A program made the position numbers and the translations under genes. The notes below the pieces were generated by a model, which worked only from the letters and a program-made list of their open reading frames with translations, had not been told where the DNA came from and ran no database searches. A stretch of DNA of 55,940 nt from an uncultured Candidatus Actinomarina sp. (GTDB lineage Bacteria > Actinomycetota > Acidimicrobiia > Actinomarinales > Actinomarinaceae), in contig CABXDL010000006.1 of NCBI GenBank assembly GCA_902510995.1, positions 1-55,940 on the forward strand. Direction: 5' to 3'. Shown in pieces: positions 1 through 9,831 of this stretch. The first letter of the stretch is position 1; each line of letters begins with the position of its first letter.

Positions 1-1
1 T

Positions 2-187
2 GAATTATTAGTTGTCATAGATAGAAGACTTACAACATCTTTTGAAGAACTTGTCCTAGGAGTTAAAACTACAGAACAAGCAGTAGCTTTTTTCCTAGCG
101 TTATTAGAAACTGTTAAATGGGGCTTTATAAAAGCTGATCAAGATAATATTGATAGAGAAATTAATATAGAAAAAAATTATGAATAA
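2..187 (+). CDS. scpA: Segregation/condensation protein A, 3' end (truncated by window edge)
   Basis: Open frame from nt 2 reads ...AFFLALLETVKWG...NYE*, matching the ScpA C-terminal FLALLE motif; overlaps scpB start. Confidence 0.85.
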   Translation, partial: ELLVVIDRRLTTSFEELVLGVKTTEQAVAFFLALLETVKWGFIKADQDNIDREINIEKNYE

Positions 188-704
188 GAAAATTATTACC
201 GCAACTTTATTAATAAGTGATGGACCTGTAGAACACTCTTATTTTACTGAGTTATTAGGAATCTCAAATAATGATTTATTGACCTTATTACAAGAAATAA
301 AATCTGAAATGCATAAAATTGAATTAGGTTTTGAAATAAATATTGATAAAAATAAATCAGATATTAAAACAATTAATGAAATTTCTACTTATTTAAGTGA
401 TATTAAGCCATCATCTATATTAAAAGGACTGTCAACACCAGCTTTGGAGACTCTAGCAATTATTGCTTATGAACAACCTATTACAAAACTAAAAATATCA
501 GAAATAAGAGGAGTAGAATCAGAATCATCTATTAAGACTCTTGAAGCAAGAGGGTTGATAGATAAAGGTGGACAATTAGATGTACCTGGAAATCCAATAC
601 TATATATAACAACAAATTTATTCTTAGAAAAGGCTGATTTAGTATCTCTTACAGACTTACCAAGTATTGGTGAATATTTTAATTCACCAAATGAAGAAGA
701 ATAA
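180..704 (+). CDS. scpB: SMC-Scp complex subunit ScpB
   Basis: LSTPALETLAIIAYEQPIT..I.EIRGV motif; G.P.LY.TT..FL. Confidence 0.95.
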   Translation: MNKKIITATLLISDGPVEHSYFTELLGISNNDLLTLLQEIKSEMHKIELGFEINIDKNKSDIKTINEISTYLSDIKPSSILKGLSTPALETLAIIAYEQPITKLKISEIRGVESESSIKTLEARGLIDKGGQLDVPGNPILYITTNLFLEKADLVSLTDLPSIGEYFNSPNEEE

Positions 705-1355
705 GTGAGAATTAATAAGTACCTAGCGCTTAATTTAAATACATCTAGAAGAGAAGCAGACAGACTAATTGAAAAAAAATTAATAAAAGTAAATGGTATT
801 GAAGGCAAGCTGGGGCAATTAGTTAATGAAAGTGATGTATTAACATATAAAAATGAAGTAATTAATTCTATTTCAGAACATAAATATTATAAATTCTATA
901 AACCGAAAAATTATACATCTTCAAGGACTAGTCAAGGTAACTCAAAAACAATGTATGAGTTAATCAATAATAAAAATTTAAAATATTCAGGTAGGTTGGA
1001 TAAAGACTCAGAAGGTTTAATGTTGCTTAGTACAGACGGGGATTGGTTAAATATTAATGCTCACCCAAGTAAAGAAGTTAGTAAAAAATATATTGTTACT
1101 ACAGACATAGAAGATGTAGATTTAACAAAATTTAATAAATCAATAAATGATAATAATGAAAAACTAATACTTTATTCAATAAATAAAATAACTAAATATC
1201 AATATGCTGTTACTTTAAAGACTGGCAAAAACAGAGAAATAAGAAGAATATTTGAATACAATAATGTAAAAATTACAAACTTAAAACGAATAAGTATTGG
1301 CAAACACACCCTAGGTAATATGAAAATAGGAGAACTTAAAGAAGTAAAAAAATGA
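705..1355 (+). CDS. rluB: RsuA/RluB-family pseudouridine synthase
   Basis: S4-like N-terminus SRREAD; catalytic GRLDKDSEGL; GKNREIRR; scpB-rluB-cmk synteny. Confidence 0.85.
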   Translation: MRINKYLALNLNTSRREADRLIEKKLIKVNGIEGKLGQLVNESDVLTYKNEVINSISEHKYYKFYKPKNYTSSRTSQGNSKTMYELINNKNLKYSGRLDKDSEGLMLLSTDGDWLNINAHPSKEVSKKYIVTTDIEDVDLTKFNKSINDNNEKLILYSINKITKYQYAVTLKTGKNREIRRIFEYNNVKITNLKRISIGKHTLGNMKIGELKEVKK

Positions 1356-1966
1356 AAAAAATAATAACTATTGATGGACCATCAGGTGTAGGCAAAACAA
1401 CTATTGGACAAGAAATAGCTGTAAAATTAAAATATTCTTTTTTTTCTAGTGGAAAACTATATAGATATATAGCTAAATATATAGATGATTATAAAATTAC
1501 AAATTATAAACATATAGAAATAAAAATAGATAATTCTGGAAGTTGCTTTATAAATGAAAAAAAATATAATGATAATGAACTTTATAATAAAAAAATTAAC
1601 CAATACAGTTCAGAAATTGCAAAAGATCCTTTAATAAGAAATTTAATAAAATTTACTTTATTAAATTATTATGAAGATATTGACAGGGGACTTGTTATTG
1701 AAGGAAGAGATATGGGAAGCGTTGTATTTCCAAATGCTGATTTTAAGTTGTATTTAGATGCTGATGAAGAAACTAGAGGCAAGAGAAGAGAAAATCAATC
1801 TGGATCTCAAGAAACTATTGAAGAAATCAAACAAAGAGATCATAAAGATATGCACAGAGAAGAATCGCCATTAATAGTTCCCAAAAATGCAATAGTAATT
1901 GACAATACAAACAAAAGTAAAAAAGAAACAGTAGAAGAAATTATAGAGAAGTTAAAGCTTCTTTAG
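1352..1966 (+). CDS. cmk: Cytidylate kinase
   Basis: IDGPSGVGKTT P-loop; EGRDMGSVVFPNA; RDHKD..R..SPL. Confidence 0.95.
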   Translation: MKKIITIDGPSGVGKTTIGQEIAVKLKYSFFSSGKLYRYIAKYIDDYKITNYKHIEIKIDNSGSCFINEKKYNDNELYNKKINQYSSEIAKDPLIRNLIKFTLLNYYEDIDRGLVIEGRDMGSVVFPNADFKLYLDADEETRGKRRENQSGSQETIEEIKQRDHKDMHREESPLIVPKNAIVIDNTNKSKKETVEEIIEKLKLL

Positions 1967-2972
1967 CTGACCAGTTGTTGTCATTTTTAACACCAAACAC
2001 AGACTCAACATTATTATCTGGAAACATTGAAGAAATAAAATTTGTTAAGTTTTTAATATTATTTCTTAATTCAGTTGGAAGAGGAAAATATTCTTTTTCA
2101 TCTTTGTGAATATAGAATTCAATATTTTTTGGTTTTATATACCTAACTAAATCTTGAACCATATGGTCAGGAGCTGATGCTCCAGCTGTTATTGCTACAT
2201 TTTTATTTTCTAAATTTATATTATTAAGATCTTCAGTTTTTTCAACTCTATGAGCAACTTTACCTATATTTTTTAATGAAGTAACAAGAGCGTTAGTATT
2301 GCTAGAAGTAGAAGAGCCAACAACAATTACTAAATCTACTTTTTCAGATATATTTATTATTGCTTCTTGCCTATTGGTAGTTGCATAACATAAGTCATTT
2401 TTTCTAGGTAAATTTAAATCTGGAATCATTTCTTTAGCTTTTATCATTATCGGTTCCCACTCAGATATAGCTAAAGTTGTTTGTGCAAGTAATGCGACAT
2501 CTTTTGTCTCTAAAGATACATCTTCCATATCTTTTACACTTTCAATCAAAGTCATAGATTCAGGAGCAACACCCATTGCACCCATAGCTTCATCATGATT
2601 TTTATGTCCTATATAAATGATTTCTGTGCCTTGTTCACTAAATCTTTTTGCTTCATGATGGACTTTTGTGACCAATGGACAGACAGAATTTATGTTAGTT
2701 AATGATATTGATTTAAACTTTTTTTCAATTTTTGGTGCTGTTCCATGGGCTGATAGCATAACTATTGCATTTTTAGGTAAATCTTCTGGATTATTTACAA
2801 ATTTGACATTGTTATCTTTAAATTTACTGACAATCCAGTCATTGTGTACAATTTCATGATAACAATAGATAGGTTCATCATATATTTTTAACAACCAAGT
2901 CAATGCTTTAATAGCCATTTCAACCCCAGCACAAAAACCTCGTGGAGTTACAACATATAGATTATTTACCAT
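1941..2972 (-). CDS. ispH: 4-hydroxy-3-methylbut-2-enyl diphosphate reductase
   Basis: PRGFCAGV, HEIVHN, SAHG, CPLVTKVH, QTT, CYATTNRQ, SSN, TAGASAP motifs. Confidence 0.97.
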   Translation of the reverse strand: MVNNLYVVTPRGFCAGVEMAIKALTWLLKIYDEPIYCYHEIVHNDWIVSKFKDNNVKFVNNPEDLPKNAIVMLSAHGTAPKIEKKFKSISLTNINSVCPLVTKVHHEAKRFSEQGTEIIYIGHKNHDEAMGAMGVAPESMTLIESVKDMEDVSLETKDVALLAQTTLAISEWEPIMIKAKEMIPDLNLPRKNDLCYATTNRQEAIINISEKVDLVIVVGSSTSSNTNALVTSLKNIGKVAHRVEKTEDLNNINLENKNVAITAGASAPDHMVQDLVRYIKPKNIEFYIHKDEKEYFPLPTELRNNIKNLTNFISSMFPDNNVESVFGVKNDNNWSAKEALTSL

Positions 2973-2998
2973 AAAATAAGGATAGCTATATTTAAATT
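2973..2998. promoter_or_regulatory. Back-to-back -10 hexamers for leaderless ispH and der transcripts
   Basis: TATCCT on - (2979-2984) and TATATT on + (2987-2992), each exactly 6 nt from the respective ATG. Confidence 0.55.
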
Positions 2999-4300
2999 AT
3001 GAAAGAAAATAATACTGACGAAGTTTTAATTTTGGGTTTACCTAATTCTGGTAAGTCAACATTAGTAAATGTGCTATGTTCAAAAAAAGTATCAATTATT
3101 GGTTCAACGCCTAATACAACTAGGGACAAGGTCTCTTCACTAGCAACTATTAATGACAGAACGTTTAAGGTTTCTGATTTACCTGGATATTTAGAGAATC
3201 CAGATGAATTAAATATAAAATTTCAAAAAAAATTAGAGGGGTACATAGATGATGCAAATATAATTTTATTTGTAATTGATGTTGATTCAAAAAACTTTAA
3301 AGGTCTAGATAAGTTAAATGACATATTGAGAAAAAGTAAAGGTAAGACAATTTTTACAGTATTTAATAAATGCGAAAACTTTGAAGTTCATGATCTAGAT
3401 AAAAACTTATATAAATATATATATGATCAGGATTTTTATATTTCATCTGTTCATAAAATAGGCACAGATGAGCTCAGTAACGCGTTATCTAATAAAATAA
3501 AAAGAACAAGTAATAATCAACCTATACAGAAATCAAATTCAATAGTATTAATTGGAAGACCTAACTCCGGAAAATCTACTTTATTTAATTCAATATTAAA
3601 AACAGATAGATCGGTAGTATCTTCTATTTCAGGAACAACAAGAGATGTTATAAAAGATACTTTCAAATTTGAAAATGATAAATATCAAATAATTGATACA
3701 GCTGGTGTACCAAGAAACAAACAAAAAAATCAGATTGATAGATACGCTTCTTCTCTTGCTGTTGATCAATTGAACCATTCGTTAGTAGCATTGTTGGTTA
3801 TTGATTCAACTATTGGAATAAGTTTTGAAGATTTGAGATTAATTAATGAATGTATTGAAAATGATGTTACTCCAATATTAATTTTAAATAAATGGGACCT
3901 ACTAGATACAGAACAAAAAGAAGGTATTAATAAACATATAAAAGATAACTTAAAAAAATTTGATTGGGTTCATGTATTAAGAATTTCCGCATTAACTACA
4001 AAAGGTATAAATCTAATTAATAATGTTTTGACAGATATAAATAAACAATTAAGAACCAGGGTCACAACTTCAGATTTAAATATTTACTTAAGAGAATTGT
4101 GGGTATCTAAGCCTCCACATCCATTTAGGGGCAAGCGTTCGAAATTAAAATATGCCACTCAATATGACTCATTACCTCCATCTATAGCAATTAATTTAAA
4201 TGGACGAATACCTAAAAATTATCAAAGTTTTTTAATAAACAAATTAAGAATAAATTATGGATTTTATAATATTTGTATAAAAATGAAATATAACTTATAA
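2999..4300 (+). CDS. der: Ribosome biogenesis GTPase Der
   Basis: Two tandem GTPase domains (GLPNSGKS..TTRD..NKCE; GRPNSGKS..TTRD..DTAG..NKWD) plus KH-like C-terminus. Confidence 0.95.
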   Translation: MKENNTDEVLILGLPNSGKSTLVNVLCSKKVSIIGSTPNTTRDKVSSLATINDRTFKVSDLPGYLENPDELNIKFQKKLEGYIDDANIILFVIDVDSKNFKGLDKLNDILRKSKGKTIFTVFNKCENFEVHDLDKNLYKYIYDQDFYISSVHKIGTDELSNALSNKIKRTSNNQPIQKSNSIVLIGRPNSGKSTLFNSILKTDRSVVSSISGTTRDVIKDTFKFENDKYQIIDTAGVPRNKQKNQIDRYASSLAVDQLNHSLVALLVIDSTIGISFEDLRLINECIENDVTPILILNKWDLLDTEQKEGINKHIKDNLKKFDWVHVLRISALTTKGINLINNVLTDINKQLRTRVTTSDLNIYLRELWVSKPPHPFRGKRSKLKYATQYDSLPPSIAINLNGRIPKNYQSFLINKLRINYGFYNICIKMKYNL

Positions 4301-4393
4301 ATGGAAAATTTTGGCTTTAAATTTGGCATTTTTTTATTCGGATTTTATCTAATTATTAGGCTTTTTCAGTTAATTTTAAGTTTTATAACGTAA
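4301..4393 (+). CDS. Putative 30-aa single-pass membrane protein (MENFGFKFGIFLFGFYLIIRLFQLILSFIT)
   Basis: ATG immediately follows der stop (TAA-ATG); hydrophobic stretch; below ORF-track cutoff. Confidence 0.5.
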   Translation: MENFGFKFGIFLFGFYLIIRLFQLILSFIT

Positions 4394-4472
4394 ATATAGA
4401 TATTTTCAATTCAAAATGTTAAAAATATTTCATATTAATTGTATAACTAGTAAGTCCCTCTATTATTAGATG

Positions 4473-4491
4473 ATTCCACTTAATGTGGAAT
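4473..4491. promoter_or_regulatory. 7-5-7 inverted repeat ATTCCAC-ttaat-GTGGAAT; candidate operator or 5'UTR hairpin of ABC operon
   Basis: Perfect palindrome between a TATAAC -10-like element (4442-4447) and the AAGGAG RBS (4505-4510). Confidence 0.45.
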
Positions 4492-4515
4492 TTTTGTATA
4501 CAAAAAGGAGAAACT

Positions 4516-6492
4516 TTGAGTAATTTCACAGGATCTAGATCTTGGCGATTTTTATTACTTTTCACAGTTTTTGCTATGGTAGTTGTCGCTTGCGGAGGCG
4601 GAAGTGACGATACTGCAGAAGAAGTAGTAGAGGAAGCTCCGGCTGAAACTGCTGCTCCTGCAACTACTGCAGCAGCTGCTGAGGAAGCTGCACCATCCGG
4701 ACCGGACGGTGTTTATAAAATGGCTATTTTCTCGGATCCACAAACACAGAATTATTGGAATTATCTTGATACCGAAACTGATGTATGGACAGCATATGTT
4801 ATGTCTGGACAAGCAGTTTCACTATTCTCTATATCATATCCAAACTATCAGCTTGTAACAGGTATAGCTGATGAGTTAGTTGAAACTTCAACTGACAATG
4901 GTGATGACACATATACTTATACTGTGCCAATCACACAAGGATATGAATGGAGTGATGGTTCACCTATAACAGCAAACGACATGGTATTTACATATAATAC
5001 CGCTCAAGGCCTTGGTCTTTTAAGCAACTGGGAAACTTATTACGCAGCTGCTGGTGAAGACACATTAGGTATTGTTAGTTTGGTTGCTGTTGATGACTAT
5101 ACTGTAGCAATCACTTTGAACTTTGATGCAGGACTTTCTGCATGGCAATACAAAGTAGCACAAGCACCAATACTTCCAGCAAGTTATTGGTCACAATATG
5201 CAACTGATAGAGAAACTCTATTAGCTGCTGACGGGAGCAAAGCTCCTGTAGCTAGTGCATTTGTATATGACAAAGTTGAACAAGGTGCATTCTATACATG
5301 GTCATATGATTCAAATACAATGTGGTTCGGCGGAGATACTACTATTTATAAGAGTGGTACTGCTGTTGAATGGGATAATGGAAAAGCTCCAAAAGTTAGT
5401 GCATCATTTGGTGACACTACTGGAGATTCATTTACCTATACATCAGGTCCTTATGTAGGAACTGTAGAATTTACATTATATAGTGATCAGGATGCTGCTT
5501 ACTTAGCATTCCAAAATGGGGAAGTAGACTTTGTTCTTAACCCATTAGGTGTAAAGAGAAATCTTTTTGACCAACTATCAAGAGTTCAAGGTGTCGAGAC
5601 TGTTGCTAACTTAGGTAATGGTATGAGATACATGGCTTTCAATACGAGAATTTTCCCTGGTAGTGACAAAGCATTTAGACAATCAGTAGCTTGTATATCT
5701 GATAAAGAATTTGTGCTTAATAACGTTCTACAAGGGGTAGCTGTAAACATGGACGGACAAATGCCTGAAGCATTAACAGCTTGGGTTGCACCAGTAACTG
5801 GTGTGCTTAAAGACTGTGCTGGACTATCTGCTGAAGAAAGATTCAACAAATCAGTTGAAATCCTTCAAAATGGTGGATGGACAGCAAGTGACTGGGGTTC
5901 ACACCCTGGTGGTGCTGACAGAGCAGTAGCTCCAACTGGAGTTAAAGGTCCTAATGGTGAAACACCACCGAGCGATATGTTACTATACGCTCCAGGTGCT
6001 GGTTATGACCCATTGAGATCTACTATGTCTTTGTTCATAGCTGATTGGATGCAACAACTTGGTTTTGATGTAACTGCTAGACCAACTGGTTTTAGCGTTA
6101 TTGTTGACAAGGTGTTCACACCAGAAAATTGTAATGACTGGTATTTTTATATGCTTGGATGGGGCTTGGGTGCATACCCAGACCATACAGTTGATTTCTT
6201 CAACTCAGCGTATGATACATGCGACGGTGGATATAACACACCAGGATTTAACAATGCTGAATTTGACGCTTTAACAGATCAGTTCAAAGCTGCAAAAACA
6301 GTTAGCGAAGCTATTGCAATATCACAGGCAATGGAAGCAATATTGTTTGAAGAAATGCCTTACTTAGTGTTGTTTAACGTACCAACACTTGAGGTATATA
6401 AGAGCAATGTTACCTTCCCATTCACTGATGTATTGGATGGTTTAACTGGTACAGGTGGCGGATACCCATCAAACGTAAAAGTATCTGATTAA
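4516..6492 (+). CDS. oppA: Peptide/oligopeptide ABC transporter substrate-binding lipoprotein (SBP family 5)
   Basis: Lipobox VVVAC; WSDG.PITA.D..FT motif; AAGGAG then TTG at 4516 is a better start than ATG 4483; heads a permease/ATPase operon. Confidence 0.85.
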   Translation: MSNFTGSRSWRFLLLFTVFAMVVVACGGGSDDTAEEVVEEAPAETAAPATTAAAAEEAAPSGPDGVYKMAIFSDPQTQNYWNYLDTETDVWTAYVMSGQAVSLFSISYPNYQLVTGIADELVETSTDNGDDTYTYTVPITQGYEWSDGSPITANDMVFTYNTAQGLGLLSNWETYYAAAGEDTLGIVSLVAVDDYTVAITLNFDAGLSAWQYKVAQAPILPASYWSQYATDRETLLAADGSKAPVASAFVYDKVEQGAFYTWSYDSNTMWFGGDTTIYKSGTAVEWDNGKAPKVSASFGDTTGDSFTYTSGPYVGTVEFTLYSDQDAAYLAFQNGEVDFVLNPLGVKRNLFDQLSRVQGVETVANLGNGMRYMAFNTRIFPGSDKAFRQSVACISDKEFVLNNVLQGVAVNMDGQMPEALTAWVAPVTGVLKDCAGLSAEERFNKSVEILQNGGWTASDWGSHPGGADRAVAPTGVKGPNGETPPSDMLLYAPGAGYDPLRSTMSLFIADWMQQLGFDVTARPTGFSVIVDKVFTPENCNDWYFYMLGWGLGAYPDHTVDFFNSAYDTCDGGYNTPGFNNAEFDALTDQFKAAKTVSEAIAISQAMEAILFEEMPYLVLFNVPTLEVYKSNVTFPFTDVLDGLTGTGGGYPSNVKVSD

Positions 6493-6502
6493 AAAAAATT
6501 AT

Positions 6503-6541
6503 TACATAGGTGAGCTTTTATAGCTCACCTATGTATTTTTT
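6503..6541 (+). terminator. Strong stem-loop/intrinsic terminator after the SBP gene
   Basis: 14-bp perfect stem TACATAGGTGAGCT/AGCTCACCTATGTA followed by T-tract. Confidence 0.85.
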
Positions 6542-6596
6542 ACATAAATCCTATTAATATATATAGGTCCTATAAATGTAGGTAGAGGATTAAATT

Positions 6597-7769
6597 ATGG
6601 CAGAATACATAATCAGAAGAACGCTTCAAATGATTGTTGTATTTTTTATTTTTCTTGTAAGTTCTTATTTATTATTTAATGCCATTCCTGGAAATGCTTT
6701 TCAAAATTTATTACTCAATCCTGATTTGCCACCAGACGCATATGAAAAAGTATTAAAAACTTATGGTTTAGATAAACCAATTATGGAAAGAGTTCAGTTA
6801 TATGTTGTTAATTTCTTTAAAGGAGATTTTGGTTATTCTTATAAATATTATCCAAAAACACCTATTGAGTTAATTGCTGAAAGACTGCCAAGGACGCTAA
6901 TGTTATTTGCAATTGTAAATATTGTTGCTTTTTACACAGGCTTTTTAGTTGGAAAAGTATTAGCTTGGAGAAGAGGTTCAAAATCTGAAACTTGGATTAC
7001 AGTAACTTCTGTTTTTTCTTATACAGTATTTTATCCATGGTTTGCTCTTATGATGCTTTGGTTCTTTGGATATAAAATGGGTTGGTTCCCAATAGGTAAA
7101 TTTTTATATCCTGAAAAATGGTATGACGCACCATGGGATAGTGATGTAATTTTTGTTTTAATGATTAAATTTACAGTAATAATTTCGGTAATTCAATTTA
7201 TGGCTTATTTATTAACAAGAGGAATAGAATCCTTAACTCAACGAAGAAATATAAGGTTTGGAAGTTTAATAGCAATATTTATAGGTAGTTATTTATTTTG
7301 GAACACTGGTGATGCACTAACAAAAAAACCATACGCAGCTGATATTGCATATCACATGATTCTCCCAGTTGTAGTTGTCACCATCGTCGCTTTTGCTGGT
7401 ACAGCTTTGTTAACAAGAACAACTATGGTTGAAGTTATAAAAGAAGACTATATTCTAACTGCAAGAGCTAAAGGCTTGAGTCAAAAAAGAATTAGAGACA
7501 GACATGCAGCAAGAACTGCTCTCCTGCCTGTTGTAACATCATTTATATTTACAATTGTTACGATCATAGATGGGTCTGTTTTAACTGAAACTATATTTTC
7601 TTGGCCAGGAATGGGTCAGTTGTTACTTCAAAGTGTTTTAGAAGAAGATATACCAGTAGCAATGGCAACATTTTCATTTGTTGGTATATTTGCCTTAATA
7701 GCACATTTAGTTGCAGATATATCTTATTCATACTTGGATCCAAGAATAAGAATTAAGTCACAAGGTTAA
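6597..7769 (+). CDS. oppB: Peptide ABC transporter permease
   Basis: GLDKP..GDFG.S; EDYILTARAKGL EAA loop; ETIFSWPGMG; LDPRI. Confidence 0.9.
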   Translation: MAEYIIRRTLQMIVVFFIFLVSSYLLFNAIPGNAFQNLLLNPDLPPDAYEKVLKTYGLDKPIMERVQLYVVNFFKGDFGYSYKYYPKTPIELIAERLPRTLMLFAIVNIVAFYTGFLVGKVLAWRRGSKSETWITVTSVFSYTVFYPWFALMMLWFFGYKMGWFPIGKFLYPEKWYDAPWDSDVIFVLMIKFTVIISVIQFMAYLLTRGIESLTQRRNIRFGSLIAIFIGSYLFWNTGDALTKKPYAADIAYHMILPVVVVTIVAFAGTALLTRTTMVEVIKEDYILTARAKGLSQKRIRDRHAARTALLPVVTSFIFTIVTIIDGSVLTETIFSWPGMGQLLLQSVLEEDIPVAMATFSFVGIFALIAHLVADISYSYLDPRIRIKSQG

Positions 7770-7771
7770 AT

Positions 7772-8851
7772 ATGTCAAATAATTTAAAAGAACAAGAAGA
7801 GCTTCAAAAACAACTAAGAAAAGATGCTTTAAGAAAAAACTGGAAATTATTTTCTCAAAGTAAACTTGGAATGATTGGATTATATATAGTTGCCTTTTTC
7901 CTTTTCTTAGCTTTACTTCAACCATTCTTATTTATTACAGGAATTTGGAATCCAGCAATTTATGATCCTGTTGTTGGCTATGACCAAATAAAAGCAGAAT
8001 TATTAGTTATAGAGTGTCCTAAAGAATATCCTACAGAAAAGTATGAATCATATTCTGACTGTCCAGGACCAGGTGAAGTTAATATTAAAAAATTATATAT
8101 GGCACCAGATTTAAAAGTTGGAGAATACTATGATACATTTATTCAACCTGCCCCTCCTTCAAAAACACATTTATTAGGTACTGATTCTCTAGGTAGAGAT
8201 GTTTTTTCACAGATTATGGAAGGCAGCCAAGTAGCTTTCGTGCTTGGTTTATTAAGCGCTACCTTAGGTGTTGGCATATCTACCATTCTTGGAACAATCG
8301 CTGCTTTTTTTGGAGGTAGAGTAGATGCATATTTGATGAGACAGTCAGACTTAATTTTAATGTTACCAAGCCTTCCATTGCTATTTATTATTTCTGCATT
8401 TGCTGAATTAAAAGTATGGCATTTAGCAGTAGTTCTAGGTGTGCTAGGTGGTTTAGGTGGTTCAGTAATAACTATTAAATCACAAGCATTACAAGTAAAA
8501 GTTAAACCTTATGTTGATTCAGCAAGAATTACTGGAGGATCTAAATGGCAAATACTTTTTCAGCATATTTTACCAAACGTAGCTCCTTTGGCTCTTTTGT
8601 TCATGGTGTTTTCTGTAACTGGAGCTATTGCTTCTGAGTCTGTACTTTCTTTTCTTGGTTTGTTAAATATTGATATGAGTTGGGGGATTATGATTTATTT
8701 ATCTCAGACTGATGGATTTATATTTTCTGGATTAGATTTCTGGTGGCTAATTTTACCTGCTGGATTAGCTGTAACTTTTTTAGCAGGTGGCTTTTATCTT
8801 GTAGGTAGAGGATTAGATGAAGTATTCAATCCTAGATTGAGAAAAAGGTAA
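7772..8851 (+). CDS. oppC: Peptide ABC transporter permease
   Basis: HLLGTDSLGRD; YVDSARITG; HILPN; LSFLGL. Confidence 0.9.
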   Translation: MSNNLKEQEELQKQLRKDALRKNWKLFSQSKLGMIGLYIVAFFLFLALLQPFLFITGIWNPAIYDPVVGYDQIKAELLVIECPKEYPTEKYESYSDCPGPGEVNIKKLYMAPDLKVGEYYDTFIQPAPPSKTHLLGTDSLGRDVFSQIMEGSQVAFVLGLLSATLGVGISTILGTIAAFFGGRVDAYLMRQSDLILMLPSLPLLFIISAFAELKVWHLAVVLGVLGGLGGSVITIKSQALQVKVKPYVDSARITGGSKWQILFQHILPNVAPLALLFMVFSVTGAIASESVLSFLGLLNIDMSWGIMIYLSQTDGFIFSGLDFWWLILPAGLAVTFLAGGFYLVGRGLDEVFNPRLRKR

Positions 8852-8853
8852 AT

Positions 8854-9828
8854 ATGGGTAAAGAGGTGTTAGTTGTCGATAAATTGAATATGCATTATGA
8901 AACACTTGATGGTCCAGTTGCAGCAGTAAAAGATGTATCATTTGTGCTTAACGAGGGTGAATCATTTGGTTTAGTAGGGGAGTCAGGTTGTGGCAAAACA
9001 TCCGTTGCTATGTCATTATTACAACTTCAGGCAGACAATGCAAAAATTTCTAGTGGAAGTATTAAATTAGAAGGTAAAGAATTAGTTGGTATGACGGAAA
9101 ATGAATTAAGAACAGTTCGTTGGGATGGTATAAGCATAGTGTTCCAAGGAGCTATGAATGCATGGAATCCTGTAGCTAAGATTGGAGAACAAATAAGAGA
9201 AGCTATTAGAGAACATAGACCTGATAACACTAAACAAGAAAATACACAAAAAATTGAAGAATTATTTAACATTGTTGGTTTAGATAACTCAATAATGGAT
9301 AGGTATCCGCATGAATTGTCTGGTGGTATGAAACAAAGAGCAATTATAGCCCTAGCACTTTCATGTGATCCAAAAGTTGTAATTGCAGATGAACCAACAA
9401 CAGCTTTGGATGTTGTAATTCAAGATCAGATTTTAAAAGAATTAAAAAAAGTACAAAACCTACTTGGACTAAGTTTGATATACATTTCACATGATATAGC
9501 TGTTATAGCCGAGATGACTGATAATATGGCTGTAATGTATGCAGGATCAGTAGTTGAAATGGGTCCTACAGCAAATATTTTTAACAAACCTAAGCACGCT
9601 TATACAAGACTTTTATTAGAATCAACTCCCTCAGTTGTCGGTAAAAGAAAAAAACTAAGATCTTTAGATGGAGAACCACCAAGTTTAATAAATGAAAATA
9701 AAGGTTGTTCTTTCTCTCCGCGTTGCCCTGAGCCATCAAAAGAATGCAAAAATCAAGAATTAGATATGAAGTTAGTTGAAATATCAAAAGGACATTGGGC
9801 TGACCTATGTTGCGTAAGCTGTGGATAA
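8854..9828 (+). CDS. oppD: Peptide ABC transporter ATPase
   Basis: GESGCGKT; YPHELSGGMKQR; DEPTTALD; C-terminal Cys cluster. Confidence 0.92.
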   Translation: MGKEVLVVDKLNMHYETLDGPVAAVKDVSFVLNEGESFGLVGESGCGKTSVAMSLLQLQADNAKISSGSIKLEGKELVGMTENELRTVRWDGISIVFQGAMNAWNPVAKIGEQIREAIREHRPDNTKQENTQKIEELFNIVGLDNSIMDRYPHELSGGMKQRAIIALALSCDPKVVIADEPTTALDVVIQDQILKELKKVQNLLGLSLIYISHDIAVIAEMTDNMAVMYAGSVVEMGPTANIFNKPKHAYTRLLLESTPSVVGKRKKLRSLDGEPPSLINENKGCSFSPRCPEPSKECKNQELDMKLVEISKGHWADLCCVSCG

Positions 9829-9831
9829 ATT

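Noticed and set aside
4483-4515. ATG 4483 as start of the SBP gene
   Set aside because: It lies inside the palindrome and upstream of the AAGGAG RBS; TTG 4516 gives a normal-length lipoprotein signal peptide.
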